64,000 nucleotides of DNA from a virus, in the IMG/VR virus record IMGVR_UViG_3300042397_002774, positions 1 to 64,000 of that record. The stretch is one strand, 5' to 3'. Below, piece by piece: positions 36,872 through 47,563 of this stretch; positions within the stretch are counted from its first letter, which is position 1, and each line of letters opens with the position of its first letter. The position numbers were made by a program, and so were the translations under genes. The notes beneath the pieces were generated by a model, which ran no database searches, was not told where the DNA came from, and was given only the letters and a program-made list of their open reading frames with translations.

Positions 36872-37153
36872 TTAAAATTTAATAATTCTACCACCTTTTT
36901 CTTCTTCAGGTTCAGTGGGTTGTGATTGTGGTTGCTGTCTCATTTGTATTGGTAAGAATTCTTCATTCACACTTCCACAACTCATACAGGCAAACACTTG
37001 AATAGGAATCAAAGCATCTTGTGCTGTTCCTGTTAATAATCGAGATGCTTTTCTAAGCAATACTCCTTCTTGGAAAACTTGACTACCACACTTATCGCAG
37101 GATACTGGTGATGTCTTGTCTAAACCAATGTTTAGGTTCATTTGTTGATCCAT
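36872..37153 (-). CDS. zinc-ribbon protein
   Basis: CDKCG...CMSCG; start at MDQQ. Confidence 0.65.
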   Translation of the reverse strand: MDQQMNLNIGLDKTSPVSCDKCGSQVFQEGVLLRKASRLLTGTAQDALIPIQVFACMSCGSVNEEFLPIQMRQQPQSQPTEPEEEKGGRIIKF

Positions 37154-38073
37154 TATAATACTTGTTTTTTGATTGTTTCTAATACTTTGGCTATACAAGC
37201 AGCAAAGTTAATTTCTTTATCAGGCACTACGCCTGCTCTCCAGATAAAATCATCTAATATAACTGATAGTTGAGCATCATTTCCATAACTAAATTCGGCT
37301 AAATGCTCAAACATATAGCGATAAGCGGTTTGAAAGTCGTCTACTTGAGCATCAGCTACAAGTTGGCGTACTTGATACCAAGCATTTTTCTCGCGTTTAG
37401 ATAGTATTTGAACCAATTGTTTAGTCCAGTTATCATCTAAAGCGGTAACAACTAATTTACTTTCTTTAATATTAGATTGTAATACTTTAATTACAGAACG
37501 AATATCAGGATAAAACTCATTAATGACTTTAGCTACATCAACCATTTCATATATAATACCTTCAACATCTAAAATATTGATGCAGATATGTTTTGCAACA
37601 GCACCTTTAGTTGGTGGTTTGAGCATATGTAATTCACAACGTGATTGAAGTGGTTCAATTAAACGCTCAACATAGTTACAAGTCAATATAAAACGAGTAT
37701 ATGCTGAATATTCCTCAATTAGATTACGTAATGCTGCTTGAGCGGGTTGAGTTAGGAAATCTGCTTCATCCAATATTACAACCTTAATAGGTTGGAATGA
37801 TGCTGTTGAGGCAAATCCCTTAACTTTATCTCTAATTGTATCAATTCCATTCTCATCGCTAGCGTTGAGGTAAAGATAGTCGCATTGAATGTTTCCCACA
37901 ATTAGTTTAGCTAATGTAGTTTTACCTGTACCTGCGCTGCCAGCGAATATAAAATGGGGTATATCATTCTTAGCAATACAATCAGCAATACGATCTTTAA
38001 CAGCATCGTTACCAATGTATTGTTCTAAGGTCTGTGATCTGTATTTTTCTATCCAGAGTGTGTGTTGTTTCAT
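37153..38073 (-). CDS. clamp loader large subunit (RFC/gp44-like)
   Basis: WIEKYR, GSAGTGKT, NASDE, LDEAD, SRC. Confidence 0.93.
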   Translation of the reverse strand: MKQHTLWIEKYRSQTLEQYIGNDAVKDRIADCIAKNDIPHFIFAGSAGTGKTTLAKLIVGNIQCDYLYLNASDENGIDTIRDKVKGFASTASFQPIKVVILDEADFLTQPAQAALRNLIEEYSAYTRFILTCNYVERLIEPLQSRCELHMLKPPTKGAVAKHICINILDVEGIIYEMVDVAKVINEFYPDIRSVIKVLQSNIKESKLVVTALDDNWTKQLVQILSKREKNAWYQVRQLVADAQVDDFQTAYRYMFEHLAEFSYGNDAQLSVILDDFIWRAGVVPDKEINFAACIAKVLETIKKQVL

Positions 38074-38435
38074 AACTGATTTTGATGTTTAATTACATTG
38101 TTAATGTATGCTTCTATATTTGCCTTACCAACAGGATTTGCAGAATGACAATTCCATTTTGGATAAGGAGTATCGGTTAATAGACAATGTCGTCCTAACC
38201 ATACTGCCGCGTCATAACCACTTTTAGTTTCCTTCTTTTGCTCTCTTGCTTTACGTTTAGACATTCCTGCCTCTACTTTTTCTTTAGCAACATCTTCTCC
38301 CAAATCATGGTCGAATGATACTTCATCAGGAACACCATTTAATCTAATCCACGCTACGAAATCATCGTAGTTACGAACGATAACCCACCCCTCTGTTTGA
38401 GGGGTGCGGATATCGTCTAAGTATAACTTTTTCAT
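38070..38435 (-). CDS. cyclic-phosphate-processing receiver-like domain protein
   Basis: LYLDDIRTP, SFDHDLG, HSANPVG. Confidence 0.75.
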   Translation of the reverse strand: MKKLYLDDIRTPQTEGWVIVRNYDDFVAWIRLNGVPDEVSFDHDLGEDVAKEKVEAGMSKRKAREQKKETKSGYDAAVWLGRHCLLTDTPYPKWNCHSANPVGKANIEAYINNVIKHQNQL

Positions 38436-38444
38436 GCATTGAAT

Positions 38445-40064
38445 TTACATACCAAATCCTGACATTCCACCCATGTCATCTGCCTTCTTTTCATTAGGTT
38501 TTTCATGGATAACACATTCAGTCATTAGTAATGTAACCGCAGCGGATGCTGCATTTTCTAAGGCGCAACGTACCACCTTAGTAGGATCAATGATACCTGA
38601 TTCAAATGCATCTACTACTGTTTCACCAGTAATGTTTGGAACCATGGTTTTGGTGTTTATTAAGCGGTTATACCACACATTAACTTCTTCACCTGCATTT
38701 TTAAGAATTTGGGTAAATGGAGATTCACAAGCTTTAAATACAATAGAACCACCCATACCAAAATCATTAACACCACGTTTACTAATAGAATTTCTAGCAG
38801 TTAATAATGCTACTCCAGCTCCAGGTAAAATACCTTCTTCAAGTGCTGCCTTAGTTGCTTGAAGGGCATCATCAATACGATCTTTTTTCTCTTCAATCTC
38901 AATTTCATTACCACCACCAACATTGATAATAGCAACTCCACCAACCATTTTACCTAAACGCTCTTGATATTTTTCAATTTCATAAGGTGTAGTATCTGGT
39001 TTATCCATTTGAGTTTTAATACTTAAGATACGCTCTTCAATCTTATCAACATTACCTTTACCATCAACGATTGTAGTAGTATCTTTACCAATAGTAGCAA
39101 CTCTAGATTTACCTAACCAGTTGATATCTAGTTTAGCTAAAGTCATACCTTTTTCAGATGAAACTACTTGTCCACCAGTTAATGTAGCAATATCTTCCAA
39201 AATTGCTGTTCTACGATCCCCAAATTCAGGAGCTTTAACAGCACATACTTGCAATACACCTCTTGCTTTGTTCATTACTAGTGTAGCTAATGCTTCACCA
39301 TCAATGTCTTCAGCAATAATTAAAAGAGACTTACTTTCAGTAGAAACACGTTCAAGTAATGGAAGTAAATCCTTAACTGCACTAATACGCTTATCATAAA
39401 TTAAAATATAAGGGTCATTTAATGTAACTTGCATTGAATTGTTATCGGTTACAAAATAAGGTGATTTATAACCTCTATCAAATTGCAAACCTTCAACAAC
39501 TTCCAATGTTGTTTCACCTGTACGAGATTTCTCTACAGTTACTACTCCATCTCTACCTACTTTATCAATAGCTGTAGCTACAATATTACCAATTTCTTCA
39601 TCACCATTAGCTGATAATGTAGCAATTTGTTTAATTTGTGCTTCATCTGTAATATCTACAGACATTGCTTTTAATTCAACAACTACTTCCTTAACAGCCT
39701 GTTCAATACCACGTTTTACCTGAGTAGCATTAGTTGAAGAGTAAGCTGTTGCTTGCAACGCTTGAGTTGCAATTGAGCGAGCCAATACTGTTGATGTGGT
39801 TGTACCATCACCTGCTTGATCAACTGTCTTTGATGCTGCTTGTTTAATAACAGTTGCAGCCATGTTTTCAATTGGATCTTCCAATGTAATTGATTTAGCT
39901 ACAGTAACACCATCTTTAGTAGATGATACTTGACCATATTCTTTTTCAATTAACACATTACGTCCAAAGGGACCCATTGTTGTTGCTACAGCTTTGTAGA
40001 CCTTGTCTACACCTTCCTGTAGTTTTTCTTTTGCTTCGCGTTCGAAACTGATTATTTTACTCAT
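38445..40064 (-). CDS. groL: chaperonin GroEL
   Basis: GDGTTT, FDRGYKSPYF, GIIDPTKV, GGM tail. Confidence 0.96.
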   Translation of the reverse strand: MSKIISFEREAKEKLQEGVDKVYKAVATTMGPFGRNVLIEKEYGQVSSTKDGVTVAKSITLEDPIENMAATVIKQAASKTVDQAGDGTTTSTVLARSIATQALQATAYSSTNATQVKRGIEQAVKEVVVELKAMSVDITDEAQIKQIATLSANGDEEIGNIVATAIDKVGRDGVVTVEKSRTGETTLEVVEGLQFDRGYKSPYFVTDNNSMQVTLNDPYILIYDKRISAVKDLLPLLERVSTESKSLLIIAEDIDGEALATLVMNKARGVLQVCAVKAPEFGDRRTAILEDIATLTGGQVVSSEKGMTLAKLDINWLGKSRVATIGKDTTTIVDGKGNVDKIEERILSIKTQMDKPDTTPYEIEKYQERLGKMVGGVAIINVGGGNEIEIEEKKDRIDDALQATKAALEEGILPGAGVALLTARNSISKRGVNDFGMGGSIVFKACESPFTQILKNAGEEVNVWYNRLINTKTMVPNITGETVVDAFESGIIDPTKVVRCALENAASAAVTLLMTECVIHEKPNEKKADDMGGMSGFGM

Positions 40065-40067
40065 AGT

Positions 40068-40358
40068 TTATTTTTCTAATACAATTAACAAATCTGTTTC
40101 CTTCATAATAATATATTCCACATCATCAATAGTAACCTTGTTACCCCCAAATGAAGGAAATACCACAACGTCTCCTACTTTAAGTGTTGTTGGAACAAAA
40201 GCCCCTGTTTCTGTTGATCTACCAGGACCAATCTCTACAATTTCTCCTTGTAGTGGTTTTTCTTTACCTAAATCAGCAACAACAATGTTACCATACTTTT
40301 GTTCTTGATTTTCATCTTGTTTAATCACAACGTGATTATGTAATGCTTTTATTTTCAT
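40068..40358 (-). CDS. groS: co-chaperonin GroES
   Basis: GEIVEIGPG, LKVGDVV; adjacent to groL. Confidence 0.93.
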   Translation of the reverse strand: MKIKALHNHVVIKQDENQEQKYGNIVVADLGKEKPLQGEIVEIGPGRSTETGAFVPTTLKVGDVVVFPSFGGNKVTIDDVEYIIMKETDLLIVLEK

Positions 40359-40416
40359 TATTTTATTTATTTTATAACTAAAGTGAAGATACGACAGGCC
40401 TTTAAGGCTTCAAAAC

Positions 40417-40860
40417 TTATTTTTTCTTACTTGGTTTTTCTTCAAGTGGAGCATTAATCGAAATTTTCTTTGGTGCTCTTTCTTCTGATAAAGGAATATC
40501 AATAATTAACAAACCTTTATCCATAGAAGCAGTTAATTGAGCCAAGTCAAATTTCATTGCTACTTTGTAAGCTAAGTCAAAGGAACGGCGTGCTATACCT
40601 CTTTGGATATAGTTGCGTTCTACTTCTGTTGCTTTTCTGTCGTGTGTGATTCTAAGGGTATCTCCCTCTACTAGGATATCTAGGTCTTCTTGATTGAGAC
40701 CTACTACTGCTAATTCGAAACGTAAACCATTTTCTGTTTCGTAAATATCAACTGGGTAGTTGATTTTGTTTTCAATTGAACTGAAAGTTGAATTTGCATC
40801 TAGAAAATTTTTCCAAACGATGTCGAATGGGTCCATTGCCCAACGTTGTAATTGTGTCAT
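40417..40860 (-). CDS. small heat-shock protein Hsp20
   Basis: YPVDIYE, YIQRGIARRSF, DKGLLIIDIP. Confidence 0.9.
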   Translation of the reverse strand: MTQLQRWAMDPFDIVWKNFLDANSTFSSIENKINYPVDIYETENGLRFELAVVGLNQEDLDILVEGDTLRITHDRKATEVERNYIQRGIARRSFDLAYKVAMKFDLAQLTASMDKGLLIIDIPLSEERAPKKISINAPLEEKPSKKK

Positions 40861-40958
40861 TTTTTTACATTTTATGCTTCCCTAAGGTAAGCGGTTAAAC
40901 ATTAATTTAATATTTCATAACTGAGACCTGTCGTATCTCAAGTATAAATATGATGTTT

Positions 40959-41681
40959 TTAGATTTTTGCTAAAATTATATAAGAGGATTTTTGTCCATC
41001 TTCACTTTCAAAATCCAATTTCATAGCACCCTCATTACTTACCCACATAGTACCTGCTGCTCCATAATTAGCATCAAATATTGATTTTAAATATTCGGCA
41101 TTGAATTGTAATGCGGTATGAATTGTGTTTTTTGATTCTAATGGCACTTCCTCAAATTCAATTTTGTTTGAATGACCTTCGGGCTCACCTAAAGTAAAAT
41201 TAATCACATTACCTGTGTCTTTAGTTGTTAAATCAATAGTACAAAATTCACTACCTAATGCTTTTTTAGCTTTAATCCACTTACCAATAAATTCATTTGT
41301 AATACTAAATGAATAATCGCTTTCAAATTCCTCAACTGTAAAGTTTACTTGTGGTGCTAACATCAAATTAGCAAGCGCATACTCTAAGTTGTATTCATTG
41401 TCGGCTACTAATAGTTTAGTGGCGATGTTGCCTTGAAATTGTATATCCGTAGTAAGGAATTGGTTACATATACCAACAAGCTTTAGAAATTTACTTGTAT
41501 CAAATATAACAAACTCACTATCGACTAATTCAACAGCGCCTGTTACTACTCCTACCATATCTTTAGTAGCAGAGAATGTTTTGATAGTAGCTACACCATC
41601 TTTAACACTCCACCTTACTTTCTCACCTACCCCATTTAGGTAGTATTTGTCTATCAACGAAACGAATGATTGTTTTTCCAT
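40959..41681 (-). CDS. DNA sliding clamp (gp45-like)
   Basis: 240-aa acidic alpha/beta protein between PolB and clamp loader; FNAEYLKSI. Confidence 0.65.
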   Translation of the reverse strand: MEKQSFVSLIDKYYLNGVGEKVRWSVKDGVATIKTFSATKDMVGVVTGAVELVDSEFVIFDTSKFLKLVGICNQFLTTDIQFQGNIATKLLVADNEYNLEYALANLMLAPQVNFTVEEFESDYSFSITNEFIGKWIKAKKALGSEFCTIDLTTKDTGNVINFTLGEPEGHSNKIEFEEVPLESKNTIHTALQFNAEYLKSIFDANYGAAGTMWVSNEGAMKLDFESEDGQKSSYIILAKI

Positions 41682-41682
41682 A

Positions 41683-42021
41683 TTATTTCCAAAGTATTTG
41701 AATTGCTATAATTGTTAATCCTAATCCTATACACACTATTGTTTTTGGTGTAAATGGTTCTTTAAATAAGTAATGACTCATTATACTAAATACAACTATA
41801 CCTAAGCCAAATCCAATTAAACGGCTAGGCCATAATTGACCATTGAATGCTGCTATAAAATATTCTACTGATTTGATATAGAACCAACTTAAAGGTATGC
41901 TTATTAATAATACTAGCCAGAGGTATTTTTGGTACCATCCAAATTTCATTGCGCCTTGAAGCTGCATAAATGATCCTATTTGACCTAATAGGCCATATAT
42001 AATACCGTAAACTATTTTCAT
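41683..42021 (-). CDS. four-TM DMT/SMR-like membrane protein
   Basis: 4 hydrophobic helices, LFKEP motif before last TM. Confidence 0.6.
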   Translation of the reverse strand: MKIVYGIIYGLLGQIGSFMQLQGAMKFGWYQKYLWLVLLISIPLSWFYIKSVEYFIAAFNGQLWPSRLIGFGLGIVVFSIMSHYLFKEPFTPKTIVCIGLGLTIIAIQILWK

Positions 42022-42025
42022 AACG

Positions 42026-42057
42026 TGAATATACGATTAGTGTTTGGACTATCCAAA
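42026..42057 (-). promoter_or_regulatory. sigma-A-type promoter, probably leaderless transcript
   Basis: TTTG-N20-TATATTCA-CGTT-ATG. Confidence 0.7.
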
Positions 42058-44622
42058 CTTAAAGAATTTGCTTGCTTTCTCATGCATCGATGGAAAGTCC
42101 CAACCTAGATCCTCATAGATACCCACTAGTTTATTCATCAATGTTGCTTCAAATCCTTCATCTCTGTCGGCATACTGATCAATAAACTGCTCAATAAAAT
42201 CAGGGTCTTTACCTGTGAAACCAATTACATCAATTCTATATGGGTTATCCTTTAATTGGATATATTTCATTTTATCACCTTCAGTGAAACATGGATATTG
42301 CTTATCTAGTTTCTTGAATCGCAATAAATCATTGTACCATATTGCTGCTTTAGTATTGATGGGACATTTTAATTTTAATGTACTAAATATTTCACCAACA
42401 CCTGGTTTGCGATCAATATATGATGATACTTGCTTTACTCCTGTAGGTTTAGCTAACTCAGCAATAGGGATTGTTTTAACGTGTTTTTTAAAATCAATTA
42501 TTTGTTGGTCGATTTCTGCTTTAGGTTTACCAAACATAATATCTTGAATTAGTTTCTCACCAAATTTAGAATACATTGGAGTCATATTTGATTTCATCAA
42601 ATCAAGACCTTTCATATCTAATTCATCAACAGTAACACCTTCCTTATTTACAATATACATTGCATAACGACGTTTGCCTGCAAAGTAACCCCTTTCAATA
42701 ATCACTTCCTGTTTTAATTCGAAGTAATGTGGACGTTCTTTAACATTGAAATATTCTCTAGTTACTTTATCAATATTATCATTTGCTGCTTTTTGTATTT
42801 CGGTAGCAATCTCTAATACTGCTTTAATATATTCGTCCTTTGTTTTGGTTTCAGGGTAACGTTGCAATACTAAGTCCTTACACTCAATAAACAATGAATC
42901 AGTATCAGAAGTAACTACATAATCTTTATCTGTAGTACCTAATTCATTATTCATCCATTTATTTACAAACTTAATTGATTCTTGTGTTACACGCTGACCA
43001 GTTAATGTAATTGCTTTAGATATTAATTTATGGCCATCGGTATATCTCCAACCATTAATAGCATAACAACCATAAACGTCATTCAATTTAATTTTATAGG
43101 CGTGTTGGCGTCTATTATAAAATTCACCTTTAACAGCATCACCTGCTTTGTATGCTGTTTTCATTAGGTTTTTATATTCAACACGTTTATTAAACCAATC
43201 AGTTAATACATCACATACAACTGATGAGCGATCTGTTCTAAACATAGCACCTGATGCTGCAACTAATATATCTCCATCCTCAATAAATTTAATAATTTGA
43301 CCTACTGTAGCTTGAGATTGATTAGTTGTTTTATCATCTTTTAATCGCTCAATAGTAATCAATTGTTCAGGATTCATTCGCTTTAAATCACCTAATGTCC
43401 ATTGATTATCGTACTTATCATTATTAACTATTCGGCCAACATATGTTTCAATACCAATATTTAACGAGCGTATAATTGACGGATACAACGATGTAAAGTC
43501 AAGATCAATAACCCATTCATATAATCCAGGTACTGGATCTTTTAGGTATCCACCTGCATATTCTTCTTTAATGTCATATAATGAAGGACGAGTGGTAGTT
43601 GGTTTATTTGGTGAAACTATACCTTGACGTTTTAGGTATGTTAATATAGCTCCATCATTTAATGCTGTAGATAGATAAATCTGTTCATAAGGTACATGAC
43701 ACAAATGACAAATAGCAATTGTTAATTCAATAAATTTGAATTTCTTTTCTAATTCAATTAGAATCTCAACGTCACGAATATTGTACTCAATAAACTTATT
43801 TATATCCTCAGCAAATAATCTATCAAGATTACCTTCATATTCTATTTTAGATAATTTAGCATACTTTTCTCCAATATCACCTAATCTGTAAGATGGTTCT
43901 TGTTTAGCATTATATTTTTTAAATAACAACATATAATCTAAATGATTAACACCTGCTAATTCTACAGGAGAATCATTCACATATTGTCCAAATTTAACTT
44001 TCTTAAGTGGAGATAAACGATTTGCTTCATTAGTACCTAATTGATTTTCTATTCTGTAGTATAAGAATGGAACGTCAAAATATTCACTATTCCAACCAGT
44101 AATGATAGTTGGGTCTAATTGCTCCCATAAATTAAGGAATGCATGTAATAAATCATGCTCGTGAGAGAATGGAATAACAGCTCTATTTTCTTCATTAATA
44201 GTTTGGAGTTGCTTCTTCTCATCTAAGATTAAACAGTAATACTTTTTAGTAGTATTATCATAAACAGCAATAGAGGTAATTTTAGTTGGAGCACGTTTAA
44301 TAAGATCAGGTGTTAATGCACCTGCGATCTCACACTCAATATCAAAATAAACTATGTTTTGCCATTCAGGAGCATCATCACTATCTCTGTATTTATCAAT
44401 TAATACTGCTGTGTTAGCATCTAAATCAGATTCATATAATGAATTATCTTTCCAATCATACTTAGTAATTGGATTAGCTCGTTTACCATCTAAAGTAGGA
44501 AATTGACCATTTGGGTCAATAATAAAACGGGGGCGAGTGTATTTAAATTCACTCCACCCCTTTTTATCATCACGTAAGTGAAATGTGTAGGTTGACCTAT
44601 CGTAATAAATTGCTTGATACAT
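42049..44622 (-). CDS. family B DNA polymerase
   Basis: FDIE (ExoI), DFTSLYPS, KIKLNDVYG, SDTDS. Confidence 0.96.
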   Translation of the reverse strand: MYQAIYYDRSTYTFHLRDDKKGWSEFKYTRPRFIIDPNGQFPTLDGKRANPITKYDWKDNSLYESDLDANTAVLIDKYRDSDDAPEWQNIVYFDIECEIAGALTPDLIKRAPTKITSIAVYDNTTKKYYCLILDEKKQLQTINEENRAVIPFSHEHDLLHAFLNLWEQLDPTIITGWNSEYFDVPFLYYRIENQLGTNEANRLSPLKKVKFGQYVNDSPVELAGVNHLDYMLLFKKYNAKQEPSYRLGDIGEKYAKLSKIEYEGNLDRLFAEDINKFIEYNIRDVEILIELEKKFKFIELTIAICHLCHVPYEQIYLSTALNDGAILTYLKRQGIVSPNKPTTTRPSLYDIKEEYAGGYLKDPVPGLYEWVIDLDFTSLYPSIIRSLNIGIETYVGRIVNNDKYDNQWTLGDLKRMNPEQLITIERLKDDKTTNQSQATVGQIIKFIEDGDILVAASGAMFRTDRSSVVCDVLTDWFNKRVEYKNLMKTAYKAGDAVKGEFYNRRQHAYKIKLNDVYGCYAINGWRYTDGHKLISKAITLTGQRVTQESIKFVNKWMNNELGTTDKDYVVTSDTDSLFIECKDLVLQRYPETKTKDEYIKAVLEIATEIQKAANDNIDKVTREYFNVKERPHYFELKQEVIIERGYFAGKRRYAMYIVNKEGVTVDELDMKGLDLMKSNMTPMYSKFGEKLIQDIMFGKPKAEIDQQIIDFKKHVKTIPIAELAKPTGVKQVSSYIDRKPGVGEIFSTLKLKCPINTKAAIWYNDLLRFKKLDKQYPCFTEGDKMKYIQLKDNPYRIDVIGFTGKDPDFIEQFIDQYADRDEGFEATLMNKLVGIYEDLGWDFPSMHEKASKFFKFG

Positions 44623-44662
44623 AACTTAAATGTAAGATGGGGGTTTTGACACCCCCAATTAC

Positions 44663-45190
44663 TTATAATGAATTTCTTTGCTTATCGCCTTGCCACTGCC
44701 CATTATATTCTTCAGCAGCATCACATTCATGGAAATAAATTTGTGCTACACGAGCATCTTTTTCAATGAATATGGTTTCATGAACATATAACAATGTACC
44801 CATATTTTCAGTTTCAAATCCTGGATCAAATACAGGGCTATTAATAATTGCTCCGTTACGATATAATGATGATCGTTGTTTGATAAATGCTACTCTATTG
44901 TTAGGGATTTTACAACCTTCATTAAATGTAATGTCGTATACACCCTCATATAACAACCAACCTTCAGCACCATCTAATTTGATAGATTCAAATGGAGTAT
45001 ATGTGGTTAATTCAGTTTTGTCTTTTAGTACTTTACCAATTTTACCATCCGCTATAAAATTACCACCAATTTTATTACCAACTTTCTGTACTGCTTTAAG
45101 TGATAAGTCATAACCTACTTGAGCAGGTTTACCTTTAGTGTTTTCTAACTTAAGTAATCCTTGTTCAAGGATTTGTTCTGCGTTTAACAT
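44663..45190 (-). CDS. dUTPase/dCTP deaminase family protein
   Basis: GYDL, RSSLYRNG, FDPGF, RVAQI, YNGQWQ. Confidence 0.85.
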   Translation of the reverse strand: MLNAEQILEQGLLKLENTKGKPAQVGYDLSLKAVQKVGNKIGGNFIADGKIGKVLKDKTELTTYTPFESIKLDGAEGWLLYEGVYDITFNEGCKIPNNRVAFIKQRSSLYRNGAIINSPVFDPGFETENMGTLLYVHETIFIEKDARVAQIYFHECDAAEEYNGQWQGDKQRNSL

Positions 45191-45200
45191 AATTTATATT

Positions 45201-45362
45201 TTATAATTCTTCAATAATACCTAACATTTCAGCAAATGCAAAAGCAAAAGCTGCTTGTTGGATAAAACTGTATCCTAAAAGGACACAAGCTCCTAATCTA
45301 ATAACACTTTTAATCATACTAAGAATAAAGTGTGTGTTTGTTTTACTTTCCTTTGGCTGCAT
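45201..45362 (-). CDS. small membrane protein
   Basis: start at MQPKES; ends AEMLGIIEEL. Confidence 0.6.
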   Translation of the reverse strand: MQPKESKTNTHFILSMIKSVIRLGACVLLGYSFIQQAAFAFAFAEMLGIIEEL

Positions 45363-45756
45363 AATCTTGAATTGGTTTTGAATCTGCTCTTTCCCATGGA
45401 TATACAATCCAATCATCTCCCACTACTTCATAAAAAAATGTTGGTTGAACAGATGCTGTTAGTTTAGTATGAATTGTTGTAAATGGAATGCCATATTTCC
45501 AATAATTGTACATTGTTGTTCCTGAATCACAAATATCATCTACTACCAATGTTGTACTACTTATCACCATTCCTGGTGTAAATAAAGGAATATTTAATTT
45601 ATGAGATAGCATTACTGTAGGGATTAATCCTCCCCTAGGCATACCATAAACATGTTTAATCTGATGATCACTGGATAATATTTGAGCTGCTATATTTTCT
45701 ATAGCAGCATCAATATATTCCCAGGTAATAAATCTTTTATTAGAATTTTGCTCCAT
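45343..45756 (-). CDS. type I phosphoribosyltransferase (Gpt-like)
   Basis: PRGGL, LVVDDICDSGTT, WIVYPWE. Confidence 0.88.
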   Translation of the reverse strand: MEQNSNKRFITWEYIDAAIENIAAQILSSDHQIKHVYGMPRGGLIPTVMLSHKLNIPLFTPGMVISSTTLVVDDICDSGTTMYNYWKYGIPFTTIHTKLTASVQPTFFYEVVGDDWIVYPWERADSKPIQDYAAKGK

Positions 45757-46372
45757 TTACTTCAATTGCGTGTAAGAATTCTTCTCTAATTAAATTATCT
45801 TTTTCCATAAACACACCACTAAATTTGTTTGTAGTCATCACAGAACCATGTTTAATACCTCTATGTGAGCAACAAGTGTGTTTACAAGCAATACTAACTG
45901 CTACTGACCCACATTCCATCTTATCAGCAACATAATCATGGATTTGTGTTGTTAATGACTCTTGCATTTGTGGTCTACGTCCAAACCATTCAACAATACG
46001 ATTTAATTTACTTAAACCAATAACGTTTTCTGCTGGTACATAAGCTACTGTAGCATAACCTGTAAATGCTAAATTGTGGTGAGCACACATACTAACAATA
46101 GGAATACCTGATTGAATTACCAACCCATCATATCCTTCATCGTTAGGGAATACTGTAATGTTAGGTTCATCAGTAACAGAACCTACAATTAAATCCTTCA
46201 ACCATGCTTTAGCAACACGACGAGGTGTATCTACTGTTTGACGATCTGCTTTATAATCAAATCCAACTGCTGTGAGGAATTGGGCATATGCTTCAGAAGC
46301 ATTTTCGATCATTTGCTCAATTTCTTCTGGTGTGCGAGCTAGATTACCATTTGATTTTTCTAATAATTTCAT
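45740..46372 (-). CDS. folE: GTP cyclohydrolase I
   Basis: TPRRVAK, SMCAHH, GLSKLNR, QMQE, HTCCSHRG. Confidence 0.93.
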   Translation of the reverse strand: MKLLEKSNGNLARTPEEIEQMIENASEAYAQFLTAVGFDYKADRQTVDTPRRVAKAWLKDLIVGSVTDEPNITVFPNDEGYDGLVIQSGIPIVSMCAHHNLAFTGYATVAYVPAENVIGLSKLNRIVEWFGRRPQMQESLTTQIHDYVADKMECGSVAVSIACKHTCCSHRGIKHGSVMTTNKFSGVFMEKDNLIREEFLHAIEVNGAKF

Positions 46373-46397
46373 ATTTTTATTTTTATTTTGAATATAA

Positions 46398-46634
46398 TTA
46401 AAGAGATTTGACATCCCAATATAATTGTCTTACTTTTGCTCCTAACTCATTATTATTTGGAGTACCATTAATAATATATTCTGGTACTAATATGGATCTA
46501 TGAACACTGCCTCTATCATAACAACTAGGACATAATTGTCCAAACCCTTCAATATAACCCATTCTCATATCAATATGAGTATCTTTATCGTAAGCGGTCT
46601 CTACCTTACAAATCATGCAATGATCTTTTTCCAT
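46398..46634 (-). CDS. zinc-finger hypothetical protein
   Basis: CMIC...GQLCPSC. Confidence 0.65.
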   Translation of the reverse strand: MEKDHCMICKVETAYDKDTHIDMRMGYIEGFGQLCPSCYDRGSVHRSILVPEYIINGTPNNNELGAKVRQLYWDVKSL

Positions 46635-46732
46635 ATTATTTTAGTTTATTAATTTGTCTAATCATATTTACAGCACCGAATGCTGATAGTATAGCTATAA
46701 TGACATAACCCCAAATAATTAACTCTTCCATA

Positions 46733-47563
46733 TTATACATTTAGTGTTTTATTCCAAGCAGCAATATGCAATCTTGTTAAACCACGGAAACGATATTTTT
46801 TAGCCATTTCAAGACAGAATTGAGTACGTTCTTCAAATTCAGCAGCATCATCTAAACCAGGCATACAAACAACGTTTTTAAGTGGAATATTAAATGGTAC
46901 TACAAAGTCACGGAATAATTCTTGCACATCTTCTTCTGTGCTGATAACGAATTTAAATTGATAGTTCTTATGTTCCATAATACGCTTAATAGCAGCAGGA
47001 ACAATACGTTGCTTTTCAGTCATACCTGAATTAGCTAATTTAGGAGAGCAGTTAATTTGATCTAGTTGATTGAATAATTCGTCTCCAATATAGATTGTAC
47101 CATTTGTTTCAATCTCACTATATGGAGTAACTGAAGTATCTAATTTATACCAGTAATATAGAAAATTACAAATAGCTTCTTGATGCCCCTTAATTGTAGG
47201 TTCACCTCCAGTCCAAATAATATGAATATTACCATCTTTGATATCATCATAAATGTCCTGTTCTTTCCATCGATCGATTAGATATTGGAAATCTTTATCT
47301 TCACCTCTCCATAACCACTGGCTTGTAGAATCACAAGTCCAGGTTGCTTTACCTTCAGCATGAAGGTCACCAACGAATATTTCTCCATCTTCTAATGTTT
47401 GTTCTTTCATTAACTTGTTGGTAAACATTCTACTCATACCACAGGTAAGATTACAAACACCAAAACGTACGAAGTACGAAGGAACACCAGATGAAATACC
47501 TTCACCCTGCACACTGTAAAAATCACTACTGATTAGTAGTTTATTTGGATCAATTTTGCTCAT
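46733..47563 (-). CDS. queE: 7-carboxy-7-deazaguanine synthase (radical SAM)
   Basis: FYSVQGEG, CNLTC...CD with long insert, TGGEP, ETNGT, SPKL. Confidence 0.9.
   Translation of the reverse strand: MSKIDPNKLLISSDFYSVQGEGISSGVPSYFVRFGVCNLTCGMSRMFTNKLMKEQTLEDGEIFVGDLHAEGKATWTCDSTSQWLWRGEDKDFQYLIDRWKEQDIYDDIKDGNIHIIWTGGEPTIKGHQEAICNFLYYWYKLDTSVTPYSEIETNGTIYIGDELFNQLDQINCSPKLANSGMTEKQRIVPAAIKRIMEHKNYQFKFVISTEEDVQELFRDFVVPFNIPLKNVVCMPGLDDAAEFEERTQFCLEMAKKYRFRGLTRLHIAAWNKTLNV

Noticed and set aside
40861-40958. CIRCE or RNA thermometer upstream of hsp20
   Set aside because: Two short inverted repeats exist but neither matches CIRCE; evidence insufficient.
41683-42021. preQ0 transporter role for the DMT-like protein
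   Set aside because: Only loose proximity to que genes; no diagnostic motif.
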